Notes under the pieces: generated by a model
The model's database searches: none
What the model was told of the DNA's origin: nothing
What the model saw: the letters and a program-made list of their open reading frames with translations, nothing else
Shown here: positions 37,763 through 50,827 of the stretch, piece after piece
Layout: every line of letters begins with the position of its first letter
Numbering within the stretch: the stretch's first letter is position 1
DNA from: Octopus vulgaris
Taxonomy: Eukaryota
Direction: 5' to 3'
DNA: 64,000 nucleotides
Assembly: GCA_951406725.2 (NCBI GenBank)
Contig: OX597829.1
Span: 47,182,001-47,246,000 of the forward strand
Translations under genes and position numbers: made by a program

Positions 37763-37918
37763 CGTCATCATCATCATCATCATCATTATCATCATCATCA
37801 TCATCATCACCATCACCATACACACCACTACCACCACCACCACCATCACATCACCATCATCATCATCATCATCACCATCACCATCATCACCACCACCACA
37901 ACCACCACCACCACCATC

Positions 37919-38709
37919 GGATCTTTTCCTTTTGAACGGCAGTTTGTAACATAATTTCAAGGAAACTAAAAAGTGTTAAACTTCGTATACTGGTAGAATG
38001 TGTTTATAAAACATCATTTTCTCTTGGTTTTATTGAGAAAATTCTATAGTTTGTAAGATATTTCGTCTGAAAATCCGAGCATTTCGGCAATTTTAACCAA
38101 TCGATTACCTCCATTGAACTAAAACTTTGCAGCGTCTAAAACTGAGACAACATCCTGTCACTAACCCTCAACCTAACCCTAACCCTAATTTTTTCTTAAT
38201 TGTTAGATTAATTTAATTGTTACTGTGTAAAAAAAACTAAAGCAATGGAAAATAATTTAAACAATTAACAAACAAAATAATTCTATAATTTTATACACAC
38301 GCTTTCCGTACGTATATGGAAAGCGTGTGTTACGGAAAGCGTGTGTATAAAATTATAGAATTATTTTGTTTGTTAATTGTTTAAATTATTTTCCATTGCT
38401 TTAGTTTTTTTTTACACGAGTAACAATTAAATTAATTTAACAATTAAGAAAAAAAATTAGGGTTAGGTTTAGGTTGAGGGTTAGTGACAGGATGTCTCAG
38501 TTTTAGACGCAGCAAATGATTTTAGCTCAAAAGAGAGCATAGGATTGGTTAAAATTCGAAAAATTAAACTACGTTAAACAAACAAATTACAATTTTCTCA
38601 AGAAAGCCAAGAGAAAAAAATGTTTTATTTTGACACATTCTACCAGTATACGAAGTTTTAAAGTGTTTAGTTAACTAGAAATTGTCTGCCGTTCAAAAGG
38701 AAAAGATCC
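37919..38709. mobile_element. ~790-bp fully palindromic MITE/foldback DNA transposon
   Basis: Perfect TIR GGATCTTTTCCTTTTGAACGGCAG; whole element is a hairpin; possible 8-bp TSD CCACCATC/CCACCAAC. Confidence 0.9.
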
Positions 38710-38736
38710 CCACCAACATCATCACCATCACCATCA

Positions 38737-38797
<61 letters not shown>

Positions 38798-38865
38798 CCT
38801 TCCTCCTCCTCCTCCTCCTCATCATCATCATCATCCTCCTCCTCCTCCTCCTCATCATCATCATC

Positions 38866-38897
<32 letters not shown>

Positions 38898-39320
38898 CAC
38901 CATCACCATCACCACCACCACCACTATCACCATCACCATCATCATCACCATCACCATCACCATCACCATACACACCACCACCACCACCACTATCACCATC
39001 ACCATCATCATCACCATCACCATCACCATCACCATACACACCACCACCACCACCACTATCACCATCACCATCATCATCATCATCATCATCATCCTCATCA
39101 TCATCATCATCATCATCACCATCATCACCATCATCACCATCCTCCTCATCATCATCATCATCATCACCATCACCATACACACCACCACCACCACCACCAC
39201 CACTACCACCACCACCACACCACCTCCACCACCACCACCACTACCACCACCACCACCACCACCACCACCACCACCATCATCACCATCATCACCATCATCA
39301 CCATCATCATCATCATCATG
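38710..39320. repeat. Compound CAT/CAC/CCT array (continues 37763-37918)
   Basis: Direct reading. Confidence 0.95.
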
Positions 39321-39708
39321 ACCTCCATACTGGGAAAATGCACAGTTAGCTGGAGTTCCGTAAGTGTTTCACGAATCGTTTCGGCAGTTTAATATGTTTC
39401 ATTCCGTCTAATTATATATTTTCTATTGGAACCTTATTTTGCTAAGATTGTCTTTTTATCCCGGTGGTAATAATATTTCTGTGCAGTTTATTACATCCAC
39501 TTTTTGGAACAAGACGGAAGAATGATCGACGGAGGAACAAAGTGGTCCGAGCGGCGTTCTGTTGACCCAGTTTCTATTCCCGAAAGTAGCGACGGCTCGG
39601 AGTTAAAAATTAATTTATCGATACAAAGAAATACAATTTCGTCTTGTTGCCATGACGGCAGAAAAAGAAAAAAAACCTGCAAAAATACAAGTAGCGGCAA
39701 CGACGATG

Positions 39709-39819
<111 letters not shown>

Positions 39820-39824
39820 GCAGC

Positions 39825-39897
<73 letters not shown>

Positions 39898-39973
39898 ACA
39901 ATGTGTAGGAGCAGTAGCAGGAGCAGCAGGTACAACGATAATAACAACAGCATCAGCAACAACAACAGCAAGT

Positions 39974-40165
39974 GGAGGTGCAGTGGCCCAGTAGTTAGGA
40001 CAGCGGACTCGCGGTCGTAAGAATGCGATTTCGATTCCCAGACCGGGCATTGTGAGTGTTTATTGAGCAAGAAACACCTAAGTTACACGAACCTCCGGTG
40101 GGGGTGGGGGCGACCCCGTTGTACTCTTTCACCACAACTTTCTCTCACTCTTTCTTCCTACTTCT
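39974..40165 (+). mobile_element. tRNA-derived SINE related to type C
   Basis: GTGGCCCAGTAGTTAGG A box, TTCGATTCCC B box, TTGAGCAAGAAACAC domain. Confidence 0.7.
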
Positions 40166-40599
40166 GCCACAAAGCAGAGGAACGATGGTGTAACCCACTA
40201 TGGTGTGGTAAAACTTTCAGACCCTAGTCTAGATTACGAATCCGCTGTACCCCAGAATGGTTCAGCTCTCCACCCGTTAAAAAGTCACCGTTTACGGAAT
40301 GAGGATAACAACGTAGCTTTCGCACCCGTGCAACCTCCAGTCTATCGCGTGTGGTGGGTGGATCTTCAAGTTGCCACACGCATTCTTAGTAGCTTAGAGT
40401 AGGCTCGAATTAGAGATTATTCTGTGGCTAATGGCGTGAGTCCTGATTGGAAGAAGAAGAAGAAGAAGAAGAAGAAGAAGAAGAAGAAGAAGAAGAAGAA
40501 GAAGAAGAAGAAGAAGAACAGCAGCAGCAACGTGAACAATTAGATCAAAAACAACAGCGAAAATAATGTATTTATCAATAACTTGTAATAACGAAAACC

Positions 40600-41306
40600 T
40601 GTGTGGAAAACAACTGTAACAACAGCAACAATAACATAAAGAACCAGAGCAACTCTATATCTGTTTCGAGGGCAATTAACCAGTGGTCAGTACATTCGAG
40701 GCAAGAATTGATAAGTAAAGCCCTCAATTATAAAAATGACATTTTGAAACCAGGAACTACGGGTCTAAGTGAGGAGGTGGGAAAAGCCTACGAAAGACAA
40801 ATCATTGTCTATAAGTGCCTTTCTTGCATGGAGAGGAAACTTTCGTTTCTTACTCCGGTTGAGACAGAAAAATGCCTCCAGGATGTGTGGTCCACAGTGT
40901 TACACATATACAAAGGTAAGCAATATGGAGTGGTAGCTGCTTTATGCAGCTGTGAGCAAGAAGCCAGAAGAATGGCAACTATTGCACGTCCCGAACTTTT
41001 TTTTAATTCCCCATTATATGGGTGAAAGTTGACTCGAATTCGAGTCAAGGACGTGCCAGTTCTCCGTGATCTGGCGAGAGTTTTAGCCATTCATGAAAAT
41101 ATTGTAGAGGTGAAGTCCAATCCGCAACTCAGAAGGGTTGGAATTCTTATGGAATTCCAGATGCTAGTTTCTCCAGAGAAAATACATCGCGTTCCAGATT
41201 TTTTTCTGTTTCGAGGAATGCGAACAGATGCCGGTTTTTATCGAAGGAAAGAAACCGATATGTTTCTTCTGTGGGAATACGAACCACTTGAAAGCCTTTT
41301 GCCCAT
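40600..41306 (+). pseudogene. L1/Tx1-like ORF1 remnant with CCHC zinc knuckle
   Basis: VFIEGKKPICFFCGNTNHLKAFCP (C-x2-C-x4-H-x4-C) at about 41230-41305. Confidence 0.75.
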
Positions 41307-41935
41307 AATGTTTACCTTTGTATATGTGCAACACTGAGGACCACACATCCTGGAGACATTTTTCTGTCTCAGCCGGAGTAAGAAACGAAAGTTTCCTCTC
41401 CTTGCAAGAAACGCACTTATAGACAATGGTCTGTCTTCCGTAGGCTTTCCCCCCCCTCCTCATTTAGGCCCGTAGTTCCTGGTTTCAAAATGTCATTTTT
41501 ATAATTGTGGGCTTTACTTATCAATTCTTGCCCCCCGAATCTACTGTTCACTGCCTTTTGCCCGTAGTGGAGGAATTACGAAGTTCTCCACCGTTGCTCC
41601 AAACTTTTCAAAGTGTGAACACCACAACTAACTAACTCACATCTACCTCTAAAATCGCAATGACTTTGTCGGGGATAAGAGAAAGCTTGAAATTAAAGTA
41701 AACAAAGACCCGCCGTAACTTAACACTACCAAAGACATCCATAGCAGTCCCCGACTGGAAAGTTCTCCGGAACAGACTAACAATTTCGTTTTCGTCGACA
41801 CCAAGGGTCTCCCCGAGGACGTTGTCGCACTTACCCGCTATTAATCCTCTCTATATAACTAAAATGGGATCATTCACCGATCCTATTGCCCGACTGGTAG
41901 AGAATAGCGAGCGCCTGACGATATTCTAGGTGACA
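41303..41935 (-). mobile_element. Inverted block holding copies of the L1/Tx1 ORF1 N-terminus and ORF2 C-terminal region
   Basis: 41303-41563 mirrors 40670-40928; 41721-41880 mirrors 41947-42107. Confidence 0.85.
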
Positions 41936-41944
41936 GGCTTCCAG

Positions 41945-42280
41945 TCTCGGTGAATGATCCATTTTAGTTATATAGAGACAGGATTAGTAGCGGAGAAGTG
42001 CGACGACGTCCTCGGGGAGACCTTTGGCGTCGACGAAAACGAAATGGTAAGTCTGTTCCGGAGGACTTTCCGGTTGGGGACTGCTATGGATGTCTTTGGT
42101 AGTATTACGTGGGGAGCGCTACCGGTTCGGGATAAACTCCACATGCATAGATATGATATCAGAGGCGCTTGTCCGAGGAGCGTACAGAGCGACGAAACCG
42201 CTCTGCATGCATTCTTTCAGTATCAGAGAACTGCTGACAATGTGGGGATTATGTCGCACAGCTGCTATCGCGTGAGGGGC
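41945..42280 (+). pseudogene. L1/Tx1-like ORF2 C-terminal zinc-binding region remnant
   Basis: GALPVRDKL..CPRS..DETALHAFFQ. Confidence 0.75.
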
Positions 42281-42510
42281 GGATCACCATGTCGCACACA
42301 TGTGGTCATGTATACCTGTATGCATGTGAGTGTGTGTGTGGATTGCCAAACTTAGGGTAACACCCCTTTTTTTTTTTTTTTTTATCCCTGATCTACTGTG
42401 TGTGAGTCTGTCGCCCACCACCGCATGACAACCGGTGTTGGTGCATTTACATCCTCGTAACTTAACTGAAGACCAAGGTAAATAACACCATTTTATTTTC
42501 TATAATCTAA

Positions 42511-42797
42511 ATGGCCACACTCAGGAGTAGGCTGTGCAAATGTTCGAGGCCTAGGTTCGATTTGGATACAGGGTCACCTGCTCAAAGATCTCAGGTCCCT
42601 TGATTTAGATGCGATCGGCATTAGTGAGATAAGAATTTCAGGGCTCCAAACGCGATATAGAAACAAAACCATGAACAGGGCTTTGATGAATCGCCCGGTT
42701 TGGATGGCTTGCCCGATGAATTCTATGTTTTTATGCTAGATTTGTTTGGTAACCTCTTAGCAGATGTCTACAGTTAACTGGCAGTAGAACGGGAGAA
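42511..42797 (+). pseudogene. L1/Tx1-like ORF2 remnant with APE start fused to RT start
   Basis: VGCANVRGL..DLRSLDLDAIGISE, then SPGLDGLPDEFY. Confidence 0.75.
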
Positions 42798-42847
42798 TAA
42801 TAATAACAACGACAACAACATCAACAACGTGAGGAAAAAAAATAATA

Positions 42848-42900
<53 letters not shown>

Positions 42901-43018
42901 TAATAATAATAATAATAATAACAATGATCATAATGAAAATAATAATAAAAAAATAATAAGAATCATGATAATAATAATATTATTAATAATTATAAAAACA
43001 ACAAAAACAATAATAATG

Positions 43019-43082
<64 letters not shown>

Positions 43083-43084
43083 TA

Positions 43085-43129
<45 letters not shown>

Positions 43130-43379
43130 TATTATTATTATTATTATTATTATATTAACGACAACTGTAACAACAACAACAATTGTAATAATAATAATAA
43201 TAAGTACTGCGGTCGATTCACTCGAGTAAAAAAGTCTACAAGTTGTTGCTCCAGTATGGCCGCAGTCTGATGACTGAAACAAATAATGAAAAAATAAAAG
43301 ATGAAGGCAAACGTAAATGTTACCATAAAAGAAATTGTAATTCCTCAAATAAACCACATCACTTGATTTATTTAGGAGT

Positions 43380-43590
43380 ATTCTTTTCTTCTCTAGGCAC
43401 AAGGCTCGAAATTTTTGTTAAGGGGTGGCCAAGTCTATTCGATCGACTCCAGTACGCAACTGGTACTTAATTTATCGTTCCCGATATGAGGAAAGGCAAA
43501 ATTGACATCGGCGGAATTTGAACTCAGAACGTAGCGGCAGACGAAATACTGTTAAGCATTTCGTGCTAACGTTTCTGCCAGCTCACCGCC
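43380..43590 (-). mobile_element. SINE type A variant
   Basis: Homologous head and central domain, different tail. Confidence 0.8.
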
Positions 43591-43752
43591 TTGTGTTTAG
43601 GAATATTACGGTCAATCTGAGAATGTTGAGAGGAAATGGCCACCCTGACAAGATTTGAACTTGGTACGTTGACGTAATTAAACATCGCAAGGCATTGTGG
43701 TAGTAGTGTTGTTCCAATCAATCCTGCCAGAAAATATTCTGGTCTAAGAAAA

Positions 43753-44380
43753 GGCGGCGAGCTGACAGAATCGGTAGCACGCCAGGCGAAATGCGTAGCC
43801 GTATTTCGTCCGCCGTTACGTTCTGAGTTCAAATTCCGCCGAGGTCGACTTTGCCTTTCATTCTTTCGGGGTCGATAAATTAAGTACCAGTTACGCACTG
43901 GGGTCGATGTAATCGACTTAATCCCTTTCTCTGTCCTTGTTTGTCCCCTCTGTGTTTAGCCCCTTGTGGGTAGTGAAGAAATAGGTATTTCGTCTACCGT
44001 TACGTTCTGGGTTCAAATTCCGTCGAGGTCTACTTTGCCTTTCATCCTTTCGAGGTAGATTAAATTAAGTAACAGTTACGCAATGGGGTCGATGTAATCG
44101 ACTTAATCCGTTTGTCTGTCCTTGTTTGTCCCCTCTATGTTTAGCCCCTTGTGGGCAATAAAATTATAAAAAGAAGAATCGGTAGCACGGTCGAGCCAAA
44201 TTGCTTATCGGCATTCCGTTCGTCATTACGTTCTGAGTACAAATTCTGTCGAGATCGACTTTGCCTTTCGTCCTTTCGGGATCGATAAATTAAGTACCAG
44301 TTACACACTAGAGTTGACGTAATTGTCTTGCCTCATACGCCGAACTTGCTGGCATTGTGCCAAAATTTGAAACCCCATAT
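43753..44380 (+). mobile_element. SINE type A tandem trimer
   Basis: Three successive bodies with junctions at about 43985 and 44175. Confidence 0.9.
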
Positions 44381-44511
44381 TCTCTTGTAAGGGAAATAAC
44401 ATTTTCTTAATGTTACCTCCCCTGATATCGCAGATGTAAGGGAGGTAAGTATATTTTGAAATAAGTCTGCATCAAGAAGTTGCTATTTTGGAATTTCATG
44501 TAGTCGCATGA

Positions 44512-44555
44512 AGACTACTACTACCATTAAGGCAGCTGCTGCTGCTGCTGCCGCA

Positions 44556-44621
<66 letters not shown>

Positions 44622-44646
44622 GCTGCTGCTACTGCTACTGCTACTA

Positions 44647-44738
<92 letters not shown>

Positions 44739-44915
44739 TCAACTACTAACAAGGAGATGATGATGATGAAGATGATGGTGATGATGATGATGATGACGAT
44801 GATGGTGGTGGTGGTGGTGGTGGTGATGGTGGTGGTGGTGGTGGTGTTGGTGGTCTTGGTGGTGGTGGTGCTGTTGGTGGTGATGGTGGTGGTGGTGGTG
44901 TTTATGATGAGGATG
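44512..44915. repeat. Compound ACT/GCT/GAT/GGT array
   Basis: Direct reading. Confidence 0.95.
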
Positions 44916-45765
44916 ATTCATTTCATTAGCCTCTAGGGCCCAAGACTGAAGACGACATAAAAGAACGAAACACAGCGCACGAAGAAATGAGGATTAAATC
45001 GATCAAAGAAAGACAACAAAAATAACGATATAATAAAAGGATATAAAAATAGAATTCAGAAAAATAAATAAATAAATGGATTGATTAATTAATTTCATTA
45101 ATTAATTAATTAACTAATTAATTAATTTAATTAATTAATTAATTAATTACCCAAGGTACTTAGCGGAAAGACTCGCACAAAAAAAAATATCACTCTGCAC
45201 TTTTCAAGGCGTTTGGATGTACCTTCTTTCAGTTTCTTTTCTCCTTCTTAGAAAAGCATACACGGGGTAGGTCCTTTCAGTTTTACCGGTCTTGCCACAT
45301 TCATTCACCTTCCAGTAAACACAGTAGAATGTAGTACCGCCCTCTCAATCCTCACCTTCATCTTTAAAAGCTATATGAAGAAATTGGTAAGATATTAGCC
45401 AGATAAGGAAGTGGTTGTCTTCAAACCTTACAGATGTGTCCACCGTACAATCTTTTTTTTCACCTTAGCCACTAAGCAGAGGAAGGATTGCTTTACCTTT
45501 CTCTATCAAATAAATGTGCGCATCTATCTTCACTAAACACTAAGCGAACTGACGGCTTCGTTTTACTGTTCGGACAAGATTGGCTGTCTTGCTCATTGAT
45601 TCTCCCAAGAAACTAATAACCGGGAGATCTGATCCGAACCAGTTTTTACCAGGACCTCATTCCAACGACAGAAATCGCAGCTGGTCAACTTGAACTTGCT
45701 TCTGCAAGGGCTTAGTTGCAAGCCCACCGATTTGTCCGTAATTTTGCACTCCTGCACATATCTTG

Positions 45766-46040
45766 TGGGGGCATATGACTCAGTGGTTAGAGCGCCGGGC
45801 TCGCAATCATGAGGTAGTGAGTTCGATTCCCGGACCGAGCTGTGTGTTGTGTTTTTGAGCAAAACACTTTATTTCACGCTGCTCCAGTTCACTCAGCTGT
45901 AGAAATGAGTTGTGACGTCACAGGTGCCAAGCTGTATCACCAGGAGAGGCTGGTGTGCATAGGCAACTGATGGTCTTCTTCCATAAACAAACTTGCCCGG
46001 ACTTGTGCTTCGTGGGGTTGAGGAACTTTCTAGGCGCAAT
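45766..46040 (+). mobile_element. SINE type C
   Basis: TGACTCAGTGGTTAGAGC A box, GTTCGATTCC B box, CORE/V-like domain. Confidence 0.85.
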
Positions 46041-46620
46041 TGCAGTTTATTTCTCCAGACGTTTGCGTGTTCTGGTCTGGTCAGATGGCATTCTTTCAAT
46101 TGAGACTCGTGGAGAGTTGCTCTCATCGTCTGGTTCTTCATTTCCTTTCTGTCTTATATTTAGGTGATTTTCCGCTGCATGTTTGATCGCAGTTATTTCA
46201 CTATCTGTCAATCTTTTATTTCTGAAGATATCTCTTGTAACAGTTGCTAACTTGTTTTCGTCCAAATATAGTCTGCTGTCTTGATTTCGTGTTCTCCATA
46301 TTTGATAAGAGTGTGCGGTGTGTTTCTCTTCAGATGACCCTACCTAATGCATTTTTAAGCGTATATTATTTCTGTATACTCTTCTCGGGTCCATTTGATC
46401 CTCTTGTATCTTTGTCTTTCTGTGGTGGGTGTGGTAGTGAACTTGGAGGGCTCGAGATGGGCCAGTTCCCGTTCAAGTGACCATCCAGGTTCGTATTCAG
46501 AGAAGAGTTGTTTGTGCCAGTGGATGACTTTTCGACCCCAGGCTGGCTCTCTGCTGGGGAACAGGCTTCCAAGTTAACCACAGGACAAGCAATTTGGTAT
46601 ACTTTCCTTTTATTTCATAA
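46040..46620 (-). mobile_element. R4/Dong-like LINE N-terminal fragment
   Basis: KWTREEYTEII and ENKLATVTRDIFRNKRLTDSEI, similar to the N-terminus at about 36000-36230. Confidence 0.7.
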
Positions 46621-46779
46621 GACTTAATTACTTTAACCTTGCCATTACAGCATTGTTCATTGTTAGCTACCACCACTAGTGCCTTGCTCTGTATCGTTGT
46701 GGCTATCCTTTGTAGCCATGGTGACAGTATAACCGTTATTCATTAAATTATCGTCGTCATCATCATCATCATCATCATC

Positions 46780-46864
<85 letters not shown>

Positions 46865-46880
46865 TCATTGCAGAAATTCT

Positions 46881-47123
46881 ATATATCATAGCAGCGAGAT
46901 TTTACTGGCCTGCCTCCCTCTGATGATTTCCAATGGAATAATGGAATGAAATTACGTGATACTAGAATTCTTGCGTCCATCACAAGTGATTCTAGTTTGG
47001 TACAATCTGCACGTGTGCTTAAATGCACCAAGCGTCTTATATGAAAGGATCTCTCGAGGCTAATCACGCAGTATTCGGTTTTCTAACAAGACAGTCATAT
47101 TATCTTCTATATAAAAATTACTT

Positions 47124-47194
<71 letters not shown>

Positions 47195-47284
47195 CTCTAT
47201 ATAATATAAATAAATATATTTAAGTAACAAAACTGGTGGATTTTTTTCTCTTATGAGGTTTTTCACGCTAACTTCTTGTTAAAT

Positions 47285-47362
<78 letters not shown>

Positions 47363-47401
47363 GTATATATATATGTGTGTGTGTGTGTATGTATGTATGT
47401 G

Positions 47402-47432
<31 letters not shown>

Positions 47433-47461
47433 ATGTATGTATGTGTATATATATATATATG

Positions 47462-47546
<85 letters not shown>

Positions 47547-47616
47547 ATATGTGTATATATATATAAACACACATGCGTGTGTCTATGTGTATGTATGTAT
47601 ATACACACACACACAG

Positions 47617-47654
<38 letters not shown>

Positions 47655-47960
47655 TGAAGGTAAACTTTATATACAACTTAATATGACTGTCTTTTTAGCA
47701 GATCAACTACTGCGTGATTAGCGTTGAGCGATCCTTTTTATATAGGCGCTTGGGGCATACAAGCAAACATGCCGATCTTAACAAGCCAGAATCGGTTGTC
47801 ATAGATGCGAGAACTCTAGCTTTGAGGGATCCTCTCATAGAGAGACTTGATCCATAAAAGCATTCAAGTAAATTCTCATGATTTCATTGCACTGGGAATC
47901 ATCAGTGTGAGGCATCCAGTCTCCGCATGCCGGTCAAACTTTGCTGCTACGATACATATA
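46881..47960. mobile_element. Two related Penelope-like termini converging tail-to-tail (46881-47102 plus, 47679-47960 minus) around a microsatellite
   Basis: Diverged inverted homology; each arm has CTGATGA..GAAA plus a palindrome (46920-46961; 47871-47905). Confidence 0.65.
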
Positions 47961-48735
47961 GGATATCAGCAGCTTTTTAGACGCTTCTGTGGCAAATAAC
48001 TAGCAGGTTCATTTTAATTTATATTATTAGCGATGGATGCTGTATTAATACCAGATGGTAATTTTTATATCCAACATTTTAATAGGTTGGAGCTGTAAGG
48101 GTCGAAAAAGAAAAAAACGGCGATCACATTGTCAAATTCCGATGTTGAATAAAAACTAGAATAGTTTTAAACTTATCCAATACCACAGCAGAGCGAGAAG
48201 AATTATATGGGTGAGGAAACACAAAAGTTTTATTTTTTATATTTTTTTTTTTTATCTGGTATTAACCGGTTTGAGAAGTATTGCACATTAATTCATGTGC
48301 AGTACCGCCCAAAGTATATGAGACTCTGGGATCAAACAAAACTTTAGTTACAGATTCTAGAAATCTTATTTAAAAAGATACTTTTGGTAATTAGGAGTGT
48401 ACCAGTTGTCTCCCTTGAAATAATCCGCAGAGCAAATAAAGATTCGTTGTTATGGTTTAGCTTTAGTGAACTGATAATTACGGAAACAAAATTTAACAAG
48501 ATCTCAATGGGTTGGTGAGTTTGAAAATATTATTTAGTGAAACAACTTAATTTGAGCGAGAAATTTATTACGAACCAAAAGTTCTCCAAATAAAACTACT
48601 CCTATTCCCGATCTCATAGCAAACAGCCTTGTTGTGTTTTACAATTTTGCACGCTCTGCAAATTTTCTTTTTCCCACAATTTATATTTTAATCTGTTGTG
48701 TCTGGGGAGAGTCATTTTATTTTTGTGCCTTATAG

Positions 48736-48908
48736 TTGCATGAGTGGCTGTGTGGAGAGTAGCTTGCTTACCAACCACATGGTTCCGGGTTCAGTCCCAC
48801 TGCATGGCACCATGGGCAAGTGTCTTCTACTGTAGCCTCGGGCCGACCAAAGCCTTGTGAGTGGATTTGGGTAGACGGAAACTGAAAGAATCCCGTCGTA
48901 TATATGTA

Positions 48909-48972
<64 letters not shown>

Positions 48973-49185
48973 TTTGTGTGTCTGTGTTTGACCCCCCTCC
49001 CAACATCGCTTGACAACCGATGCTGGTGTGTTTACGTCCCCGTAACTTAGCGGTTCGGCAAAACAGTCTGGTAGAATAAGTACTAAGATTACAAAGAATA
49101 AATCCTGGGGGTCGATTTGCTCGACTAAAGGCGGTGCTCCAGCATGGCCGCAGTCACATGACTGAAACAAGTAAAAGAGTAAAAG
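48736..49185 (+). mobile_element. SINE type B
   Basis: Homology to 14399-14825. Confidence 0.92.
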
Positions 49186-49391
49186 GTTATAATTTAACAC
49201 ACACGCCGGTAAAATTTCCACTTTTTCTTTATTTACATTTTCCTAAAATTTTCGTTGCGTCCTGCAACCTTTTCAGTAGTCTTGATTCTATTCTAATAAT
49301 TTCCATCAAATTTTTATGTTATATTTATTTATTTATTTATTGGTGAACGAATTTCGTTTTTTGCATTTACGGATCCACATTCATAGAGTAC

Positions 49392-50827
49392 ATTTAACAA
49401 GGGAGGCAACTTAGGTATATGTTATATGTACTTCGTGCGTGCGTGCGTGCGTGCGTGCGAGCGGTCGGATATATTGCGTGTGTGCGGCGAGCTTGGCAGA
49501 AACGTTAGCACGCCGGGCGAAATGCGTTGCCGTATTTCGTCTGCCGTTACGTTCCGAGTTCAAATTCCGCCGAGGTCGACTTTGCCTTTCATCCTTTCGG
49601 AGGTCGATAAATTAAGTACCAGTTACGCACTGGGGTCGATGTAATCGACTTAATCCGCCTGTCTGTCCTTGTTTGTCCTCTCTGTGTTTAGCCCCTTGTG
49701 GGTAATAAAGAAATATATATTGAGTGTGTGCGTACCTATGCGCGGCCGTGCGTGCGTGCGTGTGTACCTATGCGCGTCCGTGCACCTACAAACGTTAGAA
49801 ACGTTGAACACGGAATAGTGTTGATCATAATGTATTCCGTTTGCGTTCGATGACCCAATTCCGTCGTTATTCCGAATCTCTCAGATTTCTTCGTTGATTG
49901 AACAACAATAAATATAAATAATACATTTCAAAATTAATTGAATTTTGAATTTTGAAGTCTGATGTCGGAGGAAGTTTGTGAAGATGAACAAGGATTGAAT
50001 ATTGGTGGTGGTGATCGTCGTCGTCGTTGTGGCCGTTGCTGGTGACAGTGGTCATTGATGGTGTTGGTGTTATTGGTGGTGGTGGTGGTGGTGGTGGTGG
50101 TGGTGGTGGTGGTGGTGATTTAACAAGGGAGGCAACTTAGGTATATGTTATATGTACTTCGTGCGTGCGTGCGTGCGTGCGAGCGGTCGGATATATTGCG
50201 TGTGTGCGGCGAGCTTGGCAGAAACGTTAGCACGCCGGGCGAAATGCGTTGCCGTATTTCGTCTGCCGTTACGTTCCGAGTTCAAATTCCGCCGAGGTCG
50301 ACTTTGCCTTTCATCCTTTCGGAGGTCGATAAATTAAGTACCAGTTACGCACTGGGGTCGATGTAATCGACTTAATCCGCCTGTCTGTCCTTGTTTGTCC
50401 TCTCTGTGTTTAGCCCCTTGTGGGTAATAAAGAAATATATATTGAGTGTGTGCGTACCTATGCGCGTCCGTGCGTGCGTGCGTGTGTACCTATGCGCGTC
50501 CGTGCACCTACAAACGTTAGAAACGTTGAACACGGAATAGTGTTGATCATAATGTATTCCGTTTGCGTTCGATGACCCAATTCCGTCGTTATTCCGAATC
50601 TCTCAGATTTCTTCGTTGATTGAACAACAATAAATATAAATAATACATTTCAAAATTAATTGAATTTTGAATTTTGAAGTCTGATGTCGGAGGAAGTTTG
50701 TGAAGATGAACAAGGATTGAATATTGGTGGTGGTGATCGTCGTCGTCGTTGTGGCCGTTGCTGGTGACAGTGGTCATTGATGGTGTTGGTGTTATTGGTG
50801 GTGGTGGTGGTGGTGGTGGTGGTGGTG
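49392..50827. repeat. Tandem duplication of a ~726-bp unit, each copy with a SINE type A (about 49484-49715 and 50206-50437)
   Basis: Units start at 49392 and 50118 and are almost identical. Confidence 0.95.

Noticed and set aside
38161-38484. Interstitial telomere or fusion site
   Set aside because: Only a few imperfect units, placed symmetrically inside a TIR element.
39320-39677. Possible minus-strand host exon
   Set aside because: The acceptor is plausible, but no frame stays open to the candidate donor and no product is recognisable.
43753-44380. CRISPR-like repeat array
   Set aside because: The repeats are whole SINE bodies with no unique spacers, in a eukaryotic context.
45497-45750. 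Possible minus-strand exon bounded by AG/GT
   Set aside because: Stops occur in all three frames; it looks more like an old LINE leader.
45766-45845. tRNA gene (also 39974 and 54425)
   Set aside because: A/B boxes are present, but the heads run into SINE bodies with no proper acceptor stem or terminator.
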